Assembly (NCBI RefSeq): GCF_009914755.1 | Contig: NC_060928.1 | Strand: one strand, 5' to 3' | Length of the DNA: 64,000 nucleotides | DNA from: the human T2T-CHM13v2.0 reference genome, Homo sapiens | Part shown: positions 11,727-25,148 of the stretch, piece by piece | How the letters are laid out: the number at the start of each line of letters is the position of its first letter | How positions within the stretch are numbered: position 1 is the stretch's first letter | The notes under the pieces: model-generated | Seen by the model: only the letters and a program-made list of their open reading frames with translations | Told to the model about the DNA's origin: nothing | Databases searched by the model: none | Made by a program: the position numbers and the translations under genes

Positions 11727-14038
11727 CATTCACTACAGTTTTGTTTTCTTCCCGTGGATTTTGTATATAAATTGGTAGATATATATCTAAGTATCTAATT
11801 TTTGTGGATGCTAATATAAATAGTAATGTGTTCTTAATTTAAAATTCCACTCATTCATTGCCTGTTTATAAAAACAATTGACTTGTATAATAACTTTCTA
11901 TCTTACAACCTTGCTATCTTTACATATTAGATCCAGAAGGGCTTCTTTTGTTTATTTTTTTAGATTTACTCCGTAGATAATCATGTTATCTGTGAACAAA
12001 AGCAGTTTTGTTTCTTCCCTCCTAGTCTATATAACTTTCATTTTATTTTCTTATTTTGTTGCATTAGTAGAACTTCTAGTAAAATGTTGAAAACAGTGGT
12101 GGTGTGGAGATTCTAAGCTTGTTCTTTATCTTAGAAAGAAAACTTAAAGTTTATTACCATTAAGTATGGTTTTAGTTGTAGGTTTTATTGTAGATGTTCT
12201 TTATTAAGTTCAAGAAGTTCCCCTATTCCTAGTTTGCTGAGTGTTGGTATCATGACTGGGTTTTTAATATTGTCAGATGTTTTTTCTGCATCTATTGATA
12301 TAATTGTGTAATTTTTATTCTTTTGCCTGCTGGTATGATTGATTATCTGAATTGAATATGAAAAGTTGAACAAATCTGGCATGACTGGGTTAAATCCCAC
12401 TTAATATGGTGTATATTTTTATATATTGGGTTTGATTTACTAATAGCTTGTTAAGGAGGTTTGCATTGATGTTTATGAGAGATGTAGGTCTATAGTTTAC
12501 TTGGACTGGATTTGACAGTAGAGTAATGCTGACCTTATATAGAGAATGAGTTAGGAACCATTCCTTCTGCTTCCCTGTTCTGGAAGAAATTATAGATAAT
12601 TGGTATAATTTCTACCTTAGAAGTTTGATAGAATTAGCCAGTTAACCCATGTCTTTTTTTGGAATTTTATTTATTATTGATTCTTTAATAGATTTATGCC
12701 TTTTCAGATTATCTATTTTTGTATGAGGTTTGACAAATTGTTTTTCAATTAATTGATCCATTTCATCCAGGTTATCAAATATGTAGGCACAGAATTTGCC
12801 TAATATTTCTTTATTATCATTGTAATGTTTATGTGTTCTGTAATTATGCCACCTCTTCTATTTCTAATTTTGGTAATTTGTGATTCTCCCTTTTATTCTC
12901 AGCCTAGCTAGAGGGTTATTAATTTTATTGATTTTACATAAAATCAGCTTTTTGTTTCATTGCTCTCTATTGATTTCCTGTTTTAAATTTCATTGATTTG
13001 GGCTCTAATTTTATTTCTTTATTCTACCTACTTTGGATTTAATTTGCTCTTCTTTTTCTAGTTTCTTGTGGATATTTACATGATTGATTTTAGATTTTTC
13101 CTTTTTTCTAATATATGCATTAAATGCTATAAATGTCCTACTAAACAATGTTTTCTCTGCATCCCACAAATTTTGATGAGTAGTATTTTTGTTTTTATTT
13201 AGTCCAAAATATTTTTTAAATTTCTCTTGAGTTTTCTTTTTTTTTTTTTTTTCACCCATGTGCTATTTAGGAGTGTGTTGTTTAAATTCCAAGTATTTTG
13301 GGATTTTTAAGCTATCCTTCTGTTACTAATTTCTAGTTTAATTCTAGAACTTAGTCTGGGAGTAGACATTGCATGATTTATATTATTTTTAATTTGTTAA
13401 GGTGTGTTTTATGGCCCCGAATATGGCTTGTCTTGGAGAATGTTCCATATGAGCTTTAGTGTATAGATTCAATTACATGTAATTGACTGGTGATGCTACT
13501 AAGTTTAGTAATGTCCTTACTAATTTTCTACCTGCTGGATTTGCATATTTCTGTTAGACGGATGTTACAATCAGCTATGATAATGGATTCATCTATTTTG
13601 TCCTGTAGTTCTGTCAGGTTTTGTTTCACATATTTTGATGCTTTGTTGTTAGGCACATACACGTTAAGGATTGTTACATTTTCTTGGAGAATTGGCCCCT
13701 TTATCTTTATGTAGTGCTCCTTTTGTCCTGAAGTCTGCTGTATCTGAAACTACAGCCAACTTCACTTTCTCTTGATCAGTATTGGCATAGTATACCTTCT
13801 TCCTTCTGTTTACTTTTAATCTACATGTGCCTTCATATTTAAAATGGGTTCTTACAGACAACATGTAGTTGGGTCTTATTTTATGATCCATTCTGACAAT
13901 CTGTCTTATAATTGTTATATTTCTACGATTGAATTTTAAATTGATGAATGGTACAGTCATACTAATATGTATCATATTTGTTTCTATTTTATATTTGTTG
14001 CTTTTATATTTTTTTCCAATAAACCACAATTTTTCTGA

Positions 14039-14353
<315 letters not shown>

Positions 14354-15817
14354 CTTTTATGGTTTTGAGTGTTATATATTGCACTATTTTCTCTCCTTTC
14401 TTAGAATATCAGTGATACTTTGTTACTATCTTACTGGTTGCGCTAAAGTTTGCAATTTACGTGTAAAACTAAGCAAAATCCATTTTCAAATAACACCATA
14501 CAACTTCACAGGTAATGCAATTACCTTATAATAACAAAATATTCTTTATTCCTCCAAACTGTCCCTTGTATCATTGCTGCCATTCATTTTATTTATACAC
14601 AGTCATACATGCACATAAATTATACCTATTATTTTGAAGGAATATATTTCTGTTAAGTTAACTAAAAATATGCAAAATAAGTTTTTATTTTACACTCACT
14701 TTTTCCTTCTTTAATGTTCTTTCTTTACATAGACTCAAGTTTCTAGTCTGTATTGTTTTTCTTCTCTTTGGGCAACTTATTTTAACATTTTTTTGCTAGG
14801 TAAGTCTAATGGCAACAAATTCCTTCAATTTTTTTTTTTTGAAAGTCTTTATTTCTCCTTCAGTTTTGAAGAATAATTTCTCATGGTATGTAATTCTAGG
14901 TTTGTGGGTTTTTCTCTCTCAATATTTTAAATATTCTATTCAACTCTCTTCTATCTGGCATGGTTTCTGTGGAGAAATTGGATGTGATTCTTTTTTCTTT
15001 GCTTCTCTGTAGGTAAAGTGTCTCCCCCACACCATCCCCCTGGCTTCTTTTGTGACTTCATTATTGATTTTCTGAAGTTTAAATATGTTATGCCTAAGCG
15101 TCATTTTCTCAACAATTATCCTGCTTGGTATTCTCTAAGATTCCTGGATATGTGATGTATATTACATTAATTGGGGAAAATTCTTCATCATTATTCCTTA
15201 AAATATTGCTTCTGTTTTTTTCTCTCATGCTTCTCCTTCTGATATTCCCATTATGCATGTTATATCTTTTGTATTTATCCCACAGTTCTTGGACATTCTT
15301 TTCTGTTTGTTTGTTTTTCAGCCTTTTTTTCTGTTTGCTTTTTAATTTTGGAAGTTCTTATTCTCCTATTCACATGCTCAGAGATTCTTTTCTTAGCCAT
15401 GTATAGTCTACTAATAAGTCCATCAAAGTCATTCTTTATGTTATACTGTTTTTGGTCTCTAGTATTTCTTTTTTATTCTTTCTTTAGAATTTTTATCCCT
15501 TTTTACATTATCATCTGTGCTTGCATGTTGTCTACTTTTTCTAATAAAGATCTTAGCATATTAATCATAGTTTTATGAAATTCATTATTTGTAATTTTAA
15601 CATTTCTGCCTTATCTGACTCTGGTTCTGATGCTCATTCATTCTCTTCCAGCTGTGTTTATTTCCTTTTAGTGTGCTTTGTAATTTTTTTGTTGAAAGGT
15701 GGATATGATGTGCTGAGTAAAATAAACTGTGGAAAACAGGTCTTTCATAATGCAATTGTAAACTGTGGGGAGATGCGATGCATTCAATCATACTATTATT
15801 AAGTCTTAGTCCTTTGG

Positions 15818-16115
<298 letters not shown>

Positions 16116-17917
16116 TTAGTCCTTCGGTGAGCCAGTGTCTACACTGTGAACTTCACTGCCGCTTCTCAGTTTTGTTTTGTCATTGCTGCTTTTTTTTTTT
16201 CCTTCCTGCATTAAGTGGGACAACAAGATAGTATGTGTTGGAGTTGGTATTTCTCTTTACCCATGTGGAAGGGTATAGGGAACTGTCACTGGGTCTTCCC
16301 TAACATGGGAGGCTAGCACTGGCTACAGTTGGGTATTTTCCTTCCTCCAGGTATGTCAGGCTCTGATAAAACTTTTGCAGGTTAGGCTCTGGGAAAATAG
16401 TTTCTCCCAAGGGAAGGACTTGTTAAAAACAGAATGCTCTGAAATATTTCCAAACTTTCCTTTTTCCCTCCTCTTGCTGGAAGCAAGATGGAATGTTTTC
16501 TGGTATTTATTGTAAGGACTTCGTAGGGCTTTTGCAGGTAAAACACAAAATTGTGGCACCGTATGTCACTCCACACCATGCCCCATGACTGGTCCCCTTT
16601 GGAGCTTTTAACTCAAGGACTTGTCCTCAGGGGGTCTCCAGCAATTCATCAATTACAGTTTAGATTTTCCTATTGCTTCCCATGGAAGTTTCTGCTCTGA
16701 TAAGTTGTGGCTCTCTGTATCTGCCTATCTGTCTTTCAAATTTGGAGAATGCGATTTGTGCTGTAACATGACTTATTATTTTATGAATCTAAGAAGAGTT
16801 GTTGATTTGTTCAGCTTTTCGTTTATTGTTAGAATGGAGTGGCTATTTCTGGTTCAGAAAACAGAAGTTCGTTTTGTAATGTTTTAAGAAGAGAATTATA
16901 TTTAAAATTGAGAGCTTCTTGGGCTATACTATACTATATCATACCATATCTTACTCATAATTTTGATTTAGTGCCTGGAGCAGAATTGGTGTTAATGAAT
17001 GCACAGGGGATGAAAGAATAACTGAATGAAATGCTAATATATTATTGATATTAGAATTTTGCAATATTGTTTTCAGTAATAAATTCTCTGAATATGCGCA
17101 AAGCAAACTTCCATCTCCAGTTCTATGATTTTACATAGAAGTGTCCAAATTCACTGTTTAAAACAAAACTAACTTGAGCATTTGAAACTATTATTTTAAA
17201 TAATATTGAAAGTTTATGTTCATGACTTACTTTAAGAACATAAAGTATTTTCTGCTTGATATAGCCAGTAGCTCCAGATATACTCTACAATAATAAAAAA
17301 GAAAGAGCAGTCAAATATAATTCAAACTACTATATTTCTAGGGGCATGGGCAGGATTTTTGTTACATTATTTTACTTATATACTATATATTTAGGGAAGC
17401 AATAAGTAAAACAAAAGCTTATGTATATATTTGAGGTAAAAATAATATACTCTTCAAATACCTTTATATATGCAGATTTTTGAAAGGCAATACTTATGTT
17501 ATTGTGTTAATTGCTTAAAATATAGTTTTGCTATACAGTGCCTTTATAGATTAAAGGAAAATTTCTTTAAATGTTTACAGTTTATCTCAATAAAAACAGT
17601 GAGCTATGAATTACTCTGAAATGTAAAGCTTATGATTCTTTGCTTGATAAAAAATAATGAGCATATTAAACCCAACACCTAACCTGCTGCAAAACCTCAT
17701 TGAAGAGCCGTATTCAATAGCTGTTTGATATTTCTATTAGGGTTTTATTGTAGGTAAAGTTGAAAACCACTGGATACAGTCCAATAGAGACTTCCAAAGA
17801 CCCATGCAGGGATTTTATTAACACCAATTTATGACGAAAGCTGAGCTTGTATAGGCTCTAAATGTTCCTTAAAATATTTGTTTCTCTTGAGTAGTTCCTG
17901 AAGCAGCAGGCAAAAAA

Positions 17918-17920
<3 letters not shown>

Positions 17921-17967
<47 letters not shown>
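17921..17967. repeat. Perfect (AC)23 microsatellite
   Basis: Direct read. Confidence 0.97.
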
Positions 17968-17970
<3 letters not shown>

Positions 17971-18564
17971 AGTCAAGGCCGAAGCACTCAAGATGGAGGA
18001 CTTTGCAATGTACTACCAGGAAATTATTCTTTTATTAATTTATATTTCCAAAGAAGAGATCATTTACACACAAAAGGTCACTTTTTTGCATGTTTTATTA
18101 AGATTTTGTTCCTGAAAATGAACTTCTTTCCTTTTAGTGTGCTGACAAACATCAGAACTGTCAAACATCAACATTTGTAATTATAACTTGAGCTTAAAGT
18201 AGAGGCAAAAGGGAGGGGAAAAATGCTGTGGCAGTTTGAATTTTGACAAATTTCAATGTAGTAGGAAATTCTGATATTGAAATCAAAATTAGTATTGTCT
18301 TTTCATTTTATGGTATATAGAAGAAATAAGTTCATTTTTTAAGATAAAAATTTGAATATAATTTTTAATGTATGACATAAAATCTCTAATTCAAGTATGT
18401 GCTCAGATGGCTAAACTACCCTCAAATTTGCATAGACAAGAGATTTTAGCATGTTACAGCCCAATAACATTTTATTCAATGATGCTGAGTTAGAATCCAA
18501 TGTGCTTAAGCTGATAAATGTAATGAATAATTAGAGACCCTCAAATATTCTTATTAATCAATCT

Positions 18565-18958
18565 ATTATTTAATTTAGCAAGTATTTCCAAACATAAATT
18601 ACTTTCCAGGCACCATTGTGAGGCCTGAGGATACAGAAAAGAATGAGACACTGTCTTGAAGGAACTTACATTCTTGGGGCTAGAAATTAATAATCAATAA
18701 CCAATCAAGTAATTAACAAGATCATTATACAGAGTCATAATTTGGGTTGATGTGATAAAGAATGAGAGGATGGGTGGTATGCTTCTTTATATTTAGAGCT
18801 AGAGGTCCCTCTAAGACAGTGTATTTGGACAGTGGCCTTATATATGACAAAAGGAACTACAGTAGTTCATTTTATACACTGGAAGATGTATAAGTGGAAT
18901 GCTCAAAAGAGTGGAAGCAACAAGGCTGACTGTGGATTTAGCTTGTCATGCTAAAACA
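18565..18958 (-). mobile_element. L2 3' fragment
   Basis: 'tttagcaagtattt...ccaggcaccattgtgaggcctgaggatacag...ttgaaggaacttacattct' is the antisense L2 3' end. Confidence 0.65.
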
Positions 18959-18959
18959 G

Positions 18960-20668
18960 AAGAAATGCAACTGAGTTTTGCATGTTGATTTTATATCTTG
19001 CAACTTTACTGAATTTCTTTTTTAATTCTAACAGTTTTCTTGGTGGAGGTCTTAGGATTTTCTATATATTAGATTCTATCATCTAAAAAAAGATAATTTT
19101 TTCTTCCTTTTTTATTTGGAGGTCTTTAATTTCTTTTTCTTGCTTAATTGCTCTACATAGGATGTCCAATACTATATCAAATAGAACTGGCAAGTGTGGA
19201 CATCCTTGTCTTTTTGCTGATCTTAGAGGACAAGATTTCGGATTCTCACCATTGAATATAACGTTAGCTGTGATTTGTTTTGTATTATATATAAGACAGG
19301 CCTAGTAAGAGGCCTTTATTATGTTGAGAGACGTATATTCTACACTTAATTTTTTGAGTATTTTTATCATGAAAGGATGTTGAATTTTGTGAAATGCTTT
19401 TCTGCATCTATTGAGATGATTATATGATTTCTATTCTTCATTTTGTTAATGTGTTAGATCACATTTTTTGACTTGCAGATGTTGAACATCCTTGCATCTC
19501 AGTGATGAATCCCACTTGATCATAGTGTATGATCCTTTTCAATGGCCTGTTAAGCTCTACTTGCCAGTATTTTATTGAAGGATTTTTGCATCTATGTTCA
19601 TCAAGGTTATTGGCCTATAATTTTTATTCTTACAATGTTCTTGTCTGGCTATGGTATCAGGGTCATTCTGGCCTCATAAAATGAGTTTGAAAGCATTCCC
19701 TCTTCTTTAATATTTTAAGAAAGATAGATATTAATTGTGTTTTAAATGTTTGGTAGATTTCAGCAATGAATCCATGAAGTCCTGGGCTTCTCTTCGTCGG
19801 GAGATATTTTACTGATTCAATCTCCTTACTTACGGGAATTTTTTTTTGTCTTCAGTCTCCTTACTTATTATTAGCTTTTTCAAGTTTTTGTATTTCTGCC
19901 TGAATTAGCTTTGGTAGGTTGCATTTTTCTATAAATTTATCCATTTCTACTAAATTATTCAATTTGTTGTTGCTCAATTACTTATAGTAGCCTCATAATC
20001 TTTCTAATTCTGCAGTATCAGTTGTAGAGTCTTCTTCTCTTTCATGTATAATTTTATTGATTTATATATCCACTCTTTTTTCTTTTAGTCTAGCTAAAGG
20101 TTTATCAATTTTTTTAAAAAAAACAATATATTTGATATTTTCTATTATAATTCTTGTGTCTCATATATTCTCTAATCTTCATTATTTTTTCTTCTAATTT
20201 TCAGCTTGGTTTTTTCTTTTTACTTAATGTGTATAGCTTATTGTTTACTTGAGATCTTGCTTATTTTCTTAATGTAAGCATTTATCATTATAAACTTCCT
20301 TCTTAGAAATGCTTTCACTGCCTTCTGTAAGTTTTGGTATATTGTGCTCTCATTTTCCTTAGTCTCAAGATACGTATTGATTTTCCTTTTGATTTATCCT
20401 CTGACATTGTTTATTCACAGGCATGTTGTTTAATTTCCACACATTTGTGAATTTCCCATTTGTCTTCTATTATTGATTTCTAATTTCATATCATTGTGGT
20501 CAAAAAAGATTCTAGATATGGTCTCAATATTATTAAACTTGTTAAAGCTTTTCCTGTGGCCTAATATATGATCTATCCTGGAGAGTGCTCACTACAGGCT
20601 TGAAAAGAATGTATTTTCTGCTGCTGTTGTATGGAATGTTCTGTATGTTCATTATATCCTTTTGATCT
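18960..20668 (-). mobile_element. L1M (MA/MB-type) ORF2, inverted 5' segment
   Basis: Antisense ORF2 ('ttctgcatctattgagatgat' encodes IISIDAE), running from the RT region back to the endonuclease region. Confidence 0.85.
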
Positions 20669-21435
20669 AACAATAAACTGTCAAAAAAGAAGCTAATGAA
20701 ATGACCACATACACAATAGCACAAAAAAATCTTAAGAACTTGGAATAAATTTAACCAGAAAGAGGAAAATCTGTACACTGAACACTGAAAAACATTGATA
20801 AACAAAATTTAAGAAGATGTAAATAAATGGAAAAATATCCTGTGTTGAAGGACTACAAGAAATAATAATGTAAAAATGTCCATACTACCCAATGCAGTCT
20901 ATAGATTCAATGCAGTCTCTATAAAAATTCCAATGGTATTTTTTATTAAGATGCAAAAAAATCCTAAATTTATATAGAGCTACAAAAGACCCAGAATAGC
21001 CAAAGAAGAGCAAAGCTGCAAAGACATCACACTACTGATTTTAGAATATATCCTAAAGCTCTCTACAGTCATCAAAAAAGATGGCAGTGCCATAAAAACA
21101 CATATAGAACAATGAAACAAAATAGAGGGCTCAGGATTACATCTATGCACTTAGTATTATTTGATATTTGACAAAGGTGCCAAGAACATACAATAGGGAA
21201 AAAGACAGTTTCTTCAATAAATGTTTTGGGGAGAACTGGATATTTACTTGCAGAAGAATAAAATTGGACCCTTATCTCATGCCATATGTAAAAATTGACT
21301 CAAATTGGATTAAAAACTCAAATACAAGATCTGAAACTCTAAAATTGCTAAAAGAAAATATATGAGGAAAGCTTCTTGCCATTGGTCTGCAAAATGATTT
21401 TTTTTCAATATGACCCAGAGCACAGCCAACAAAGA
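20667..21435 (+). mobile_element. L1M ORF2, non-inverted segment of the same insertion, lacking its 3' end
   Basis: Sense ORF2; 21168-21365 KDSFFNKCFGENWIFTCRRIKLDPYL; collinear in the consensus with the outer end of the inverted segment. Confidence 0.85.
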
Positions 21436-22099
21436 GCTATGCCAATTTGCTGGTTGACCTCAAATTCACTATTTTTCTCTTTGTAAATTGGCCCAGACTC
21501 ACACTACCAAATTCAGCTTCTTCAAGTCACATTTTTCTATGTGCATTCATTTCTGTTTATTACTGCAGTTCAAAAATATTAATATCACTGATCAGCTAGG
21601 ATAAGTTACTGTATAGTTTATTTTCTTCCATTATATATTGTATGACTTGAACTAAATATACTGTGACTAGTATCAACTAAATATACCAAATATACTAAGA
21701 CTAGTTTAAAGCCCAATGCCCGGCACATAGTAATCAATCAACTAGCAGTACTCTGATTAGTTGTATTAATTATGGTCTTATATACTGTCTAAAGAGGAAT
21801 ACAGTGAGGATATATAATTTATACTAACATTAATGTTATCCATTTTCAAAGAAATGACTAAATACATACACTAGATACAAAAACAAATCTAACAAAAGAA
21901 TGAATATTTGGAACAAGAACAAACTTAAAAGCTAAGACAAAGCCTTATTTGAGAAAATTTTTATTCATAATGTACCTGTGTTATCAATCTACCTCAATTT
22001 CATCTTATTTTATGTTTTTACTTTTTTGCAATGTATCTTTCTTCTTTGGAGTACAGTAAAATAACATTTTGTACTTACAGAGCATGTTTCATCAGAAAG

Positions 22100-22212
22100 G
22101 TCAATGTGCTTTTCAAACTCATTAATCCTTACAGCATCCCCAGGGGTGTGTAATTGTACAGGTAAAGAAATAGAAAGCTGAGATGTATAAACAATTTTAT
22201 CCTGTCACATTG
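22100..22212 (-). mobile_element. MIR fragment
   Basis: 'ctcattaatccttacagcatccc...tacaggtaaagaaatagaaagctgaga'. Confidence 0.5.
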
Positions 22213-22703
22213 AAATGAAACGGTCAAACCCTTAATTACTCCATTGTAGATGCAAAAATAGAAGTTTCAATGGCATTAATATGATGATAAATACTGGTAA
22301 AAGAAAAACTTAAATGAGTTAAGTAAATGAAACGTGCCTTAGCACATAACACATATGTGTTTCATTGAGGAAAATGTTGTATTTGTAGTTATTTTAACGT
22401 AATATTTTTAGAGGAAATGAAGGTCAGGCCCAAGAAATGAGTGAATGCTAATTTTGACTTTGATCTAATTTGGGACAGCTCATTGACAGTTAAATACTTT
22501 AGCTTTAAAGTTATGATTACTTTCATTTCAAGTGAAATATTACCCAACTTATCTGTAAACTTTCTGTTAAAAAATTTGGTCTATTCAAAACTGATGGCTC
22601 TAACCTTCTTTTTTTTAAAGTGGATTATTAATAAACTTAAAGAACACAGTGGAAATTCTGGCCCAAGCATTCACAGGCAATCAGTAATAGTAGAATAATT
22701 TTT

Positions 22704-22814
22704 TAAATGATGAGTTAATGGGTGCAGCACACCCACATGGCACATGTATACATATGTAACAAACCTGCACATTGTGCATATGTACTCTAAAACTTAAAGT
22801 ATAATTAAAAAAAA
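22704..22814 (+). mobile_element. Severely 5'-truncated young L1PA (PA2-4-like) 3' end with short polyA
   Basis: 'gagttaatgggtgcagcacac...tgtactctaaaacttaaagtataattaaaaaaaa' is close to the L1PA terminus. Confidence 0.9.
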
Positions 22815-23659
22815 CCTTTGAATGAAAAAAGGCAAAAAAATGAGTGTTCAAAACTATCTAGACAGATTATAAATTAATAATTACTGGATGAAATATGTTA
22901 TATAAAGAGCAATCCTGCCGACTCCATGATCTTAGGGTAGTTGTGGGATGAATGGGCTTTCCTGTGAGAATATTTTCTAATATTTCAGCAACTTTCATTT
23001 ATTTTTAGCAGAGAAAAATTTACAGACAGTAGGCACAAATAATTTATATAATTGGTGTAAATGCATTATATTAAAAGATATTTTAAGAAAAATTATTGAT
23101 TTCTTTGAATGTAAGAATTATATGAAATGATTAGAATGTTTTTGTTTTTCTTCTGACCAATATGTCAAAACAACAAAGTCACAGCCATTTTTTAGAGAGG
23201 CCATTTTTTAGTTTTTGGTGAATCTTCTTATACATATTTTCAACATTTTTATAAATAGTTTTCTTTATCCCTACTGGCTCTATTAAATGGCAAGAAAATA
23301 AATGTTTTCTGTGACACTTTGCTTAAAATATTTAGAATAATGTAGGGAAAGGAGGTTACACTTTGAAATTCTTTCTTGACTCAGAGTGTACCACAGAATG
23401 TATGGAGTGTACAACTCTGAAGAATATTGTTCAAGGATACATCAGAGCTCCTGCATGTTGTGATCTGTCCTTAGGAGCTCTTGGTGTCCACGTATACAAG
23501 TCAATTATTTGTTTCTGTAAAATTGTAAAATTCCAGGAATTTTTTATTTTATATAATAGCTCCTGGAATTGAATACCTTGTGCTATTGACTTAAAGTTAT
23601 AAGATAGCCCTGAAGAGTCTTGGCAACATCATATTTACTCTTATTTTTTAAATTCATTT

Positions 23660-24095
23660 TTAAAATTCATTCAGAATTTACTGAATATCTTCTATGTGGC
23701 AGGCACCTACTGAACTTGGGAAGGTAAGATAATCTAGACTCTGATCCTACTTTCAGAGAATTGATACATAAATAAATAAACAATATTTATTAATGTAGTA
23801 AATACTATGATAACAATTAGAACAGAGTAATATTGGAGTATAGATGAGGAATGGGATTAATTTTGGTTAGGGATATTAGAGAAACTTACTGAAGAAGAGA
23901 TAATTGAGCTATGTTTTAAAGGTTGGATGAGTTCCTAATGGAGTACAAGAAGATAAGGGCATTCATGAAGAAAATATAGTTTTTACAGGAGCCCAGAGTG
24001 AAAGTAATGTGTTCAAGGAGTTGCAAGTAATATGGTGAAAAGGTTTTGTAAAGATATATTAAGGTTGCAGTCATTGACAGTTGTTATATTAATAT
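23660..24095 (-). mobile_element. L2 3' fragment
   Basis: 'ttcattcagaatttactgaatatcttctatgtggcaggcac...gaagaagagataattgagctatgttttaaagg'. Confidence 0.65.
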
Positions 24096-24107
24096 TTTCC
24101 TATAGGG

Positions 24108-24300
24108 AAGTAGTCTCCAAAGTTTTTAGATTTCATATTTGTATCAATGAAGACATTTTGTAAGCAAAATGTAAGCATTTACATATTTATTTATACTAAA
24201 TCATGTTATACTAGGACCATGATAAAAATACACAAAAAAAGATATTAATGGGGTAAATTAAAATACAATTAATAGTACTTTAAATATTTCTTAAACATTT
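24108..24300. mobile_element. Possible hAT-Charlie (Charlie4-like) DNA transposon remnant
   Basis: Terminal-like 'agtagtctccaaagttttt' and 'atatttatttatactaaat...aaaatacacaaaaa'; may extend toward ~25600; weak. Confidence 0.3.
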
Positions 24301-24795
24301 TATTTAATGTATATTACAAAGAATTTTTACTCTTAATATGGTATTTTAATATATTAATAATTACCTTTTAATAAAAAAATATATATTTCATTATTTTTGA
24401 AGCCTGGTATTGAAAAGCTATATTTAGTTTTTTCTTGTATTTGATTTTAAAAGTTGTCTTATCCAAAGGATATATTCTCTTCCAAAACTTCATTGATCCA
24501 AAAAACAAAATATGTGTATTATTGGTTCCCATGTTATTTCCAGGAATTATTCCAGCCATTTTAAAAAGCAGATGGAGATAAATGTACTTCCTCAACATAG
24601 CTAGCGTATTGTTTTTTGATAATTATTAAGAACCATCAATGAATTTAGAGTATTTTAGCACTGTATTTAAATATTGCTGTAACAATGTGAGTTTTTTTTG
24701 TTTGTTTATAAATGTCTTGCTAATTGTAATGGTTCCATGTTGTTATTTGCTGATGTCTGAAATCACAATACATACTTTGAGTAAAGTTCACAATT

Positions 24796-25148
24796 TGTAT
24801 TAGTCTGTTTTCACACTACTGATAAAGGCATACCTGAGACTGGGAAGAAAAAGAGGTTTAATTGGACTTACCGTTCCACATGGCTGGGGAGGACTCAGAA
24901 TTATGGCAGGAAGTGAAAGACATTTCTTACATGGTGGTGGCAAGAGAAAAATGAGAAAGAAGCAAAGTTGGAAACCCCTGAAAAACCCATCAGATTTTGT
25001 GAGACTTATTCACTATACGAGAGTAGCAGGGAAAGACTGGCCCCCATGGTTCAATTACATCCCCCTGGGTCCCTCCCACAACACATGAGAATTCTGGGAG
25101 ATACAATTCAAGTTGAGATTTGGGTGAGGACACAGCCAAACCATATCA
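24796..25148 (-). mobile_element. THE1C-like MaLR solo LTR
   Basis: TG...CA termini 'tgtattagtctg' and 'aaaccatatca'; THE1C-type 'gggaagaaaaagaggtttaattggactta'; 5-bp TSD caatt/ccatt (4 of 5 match). Confidence 0.92.

Noticed and set aside
17500-18300. Possible conserved enhancer with homeodomain-like TTTATGAC/TTTTATTA motifs
   Set aside because: Conservation cannot be assessed from one sequence and the motifs are common in AT-rich DNA.
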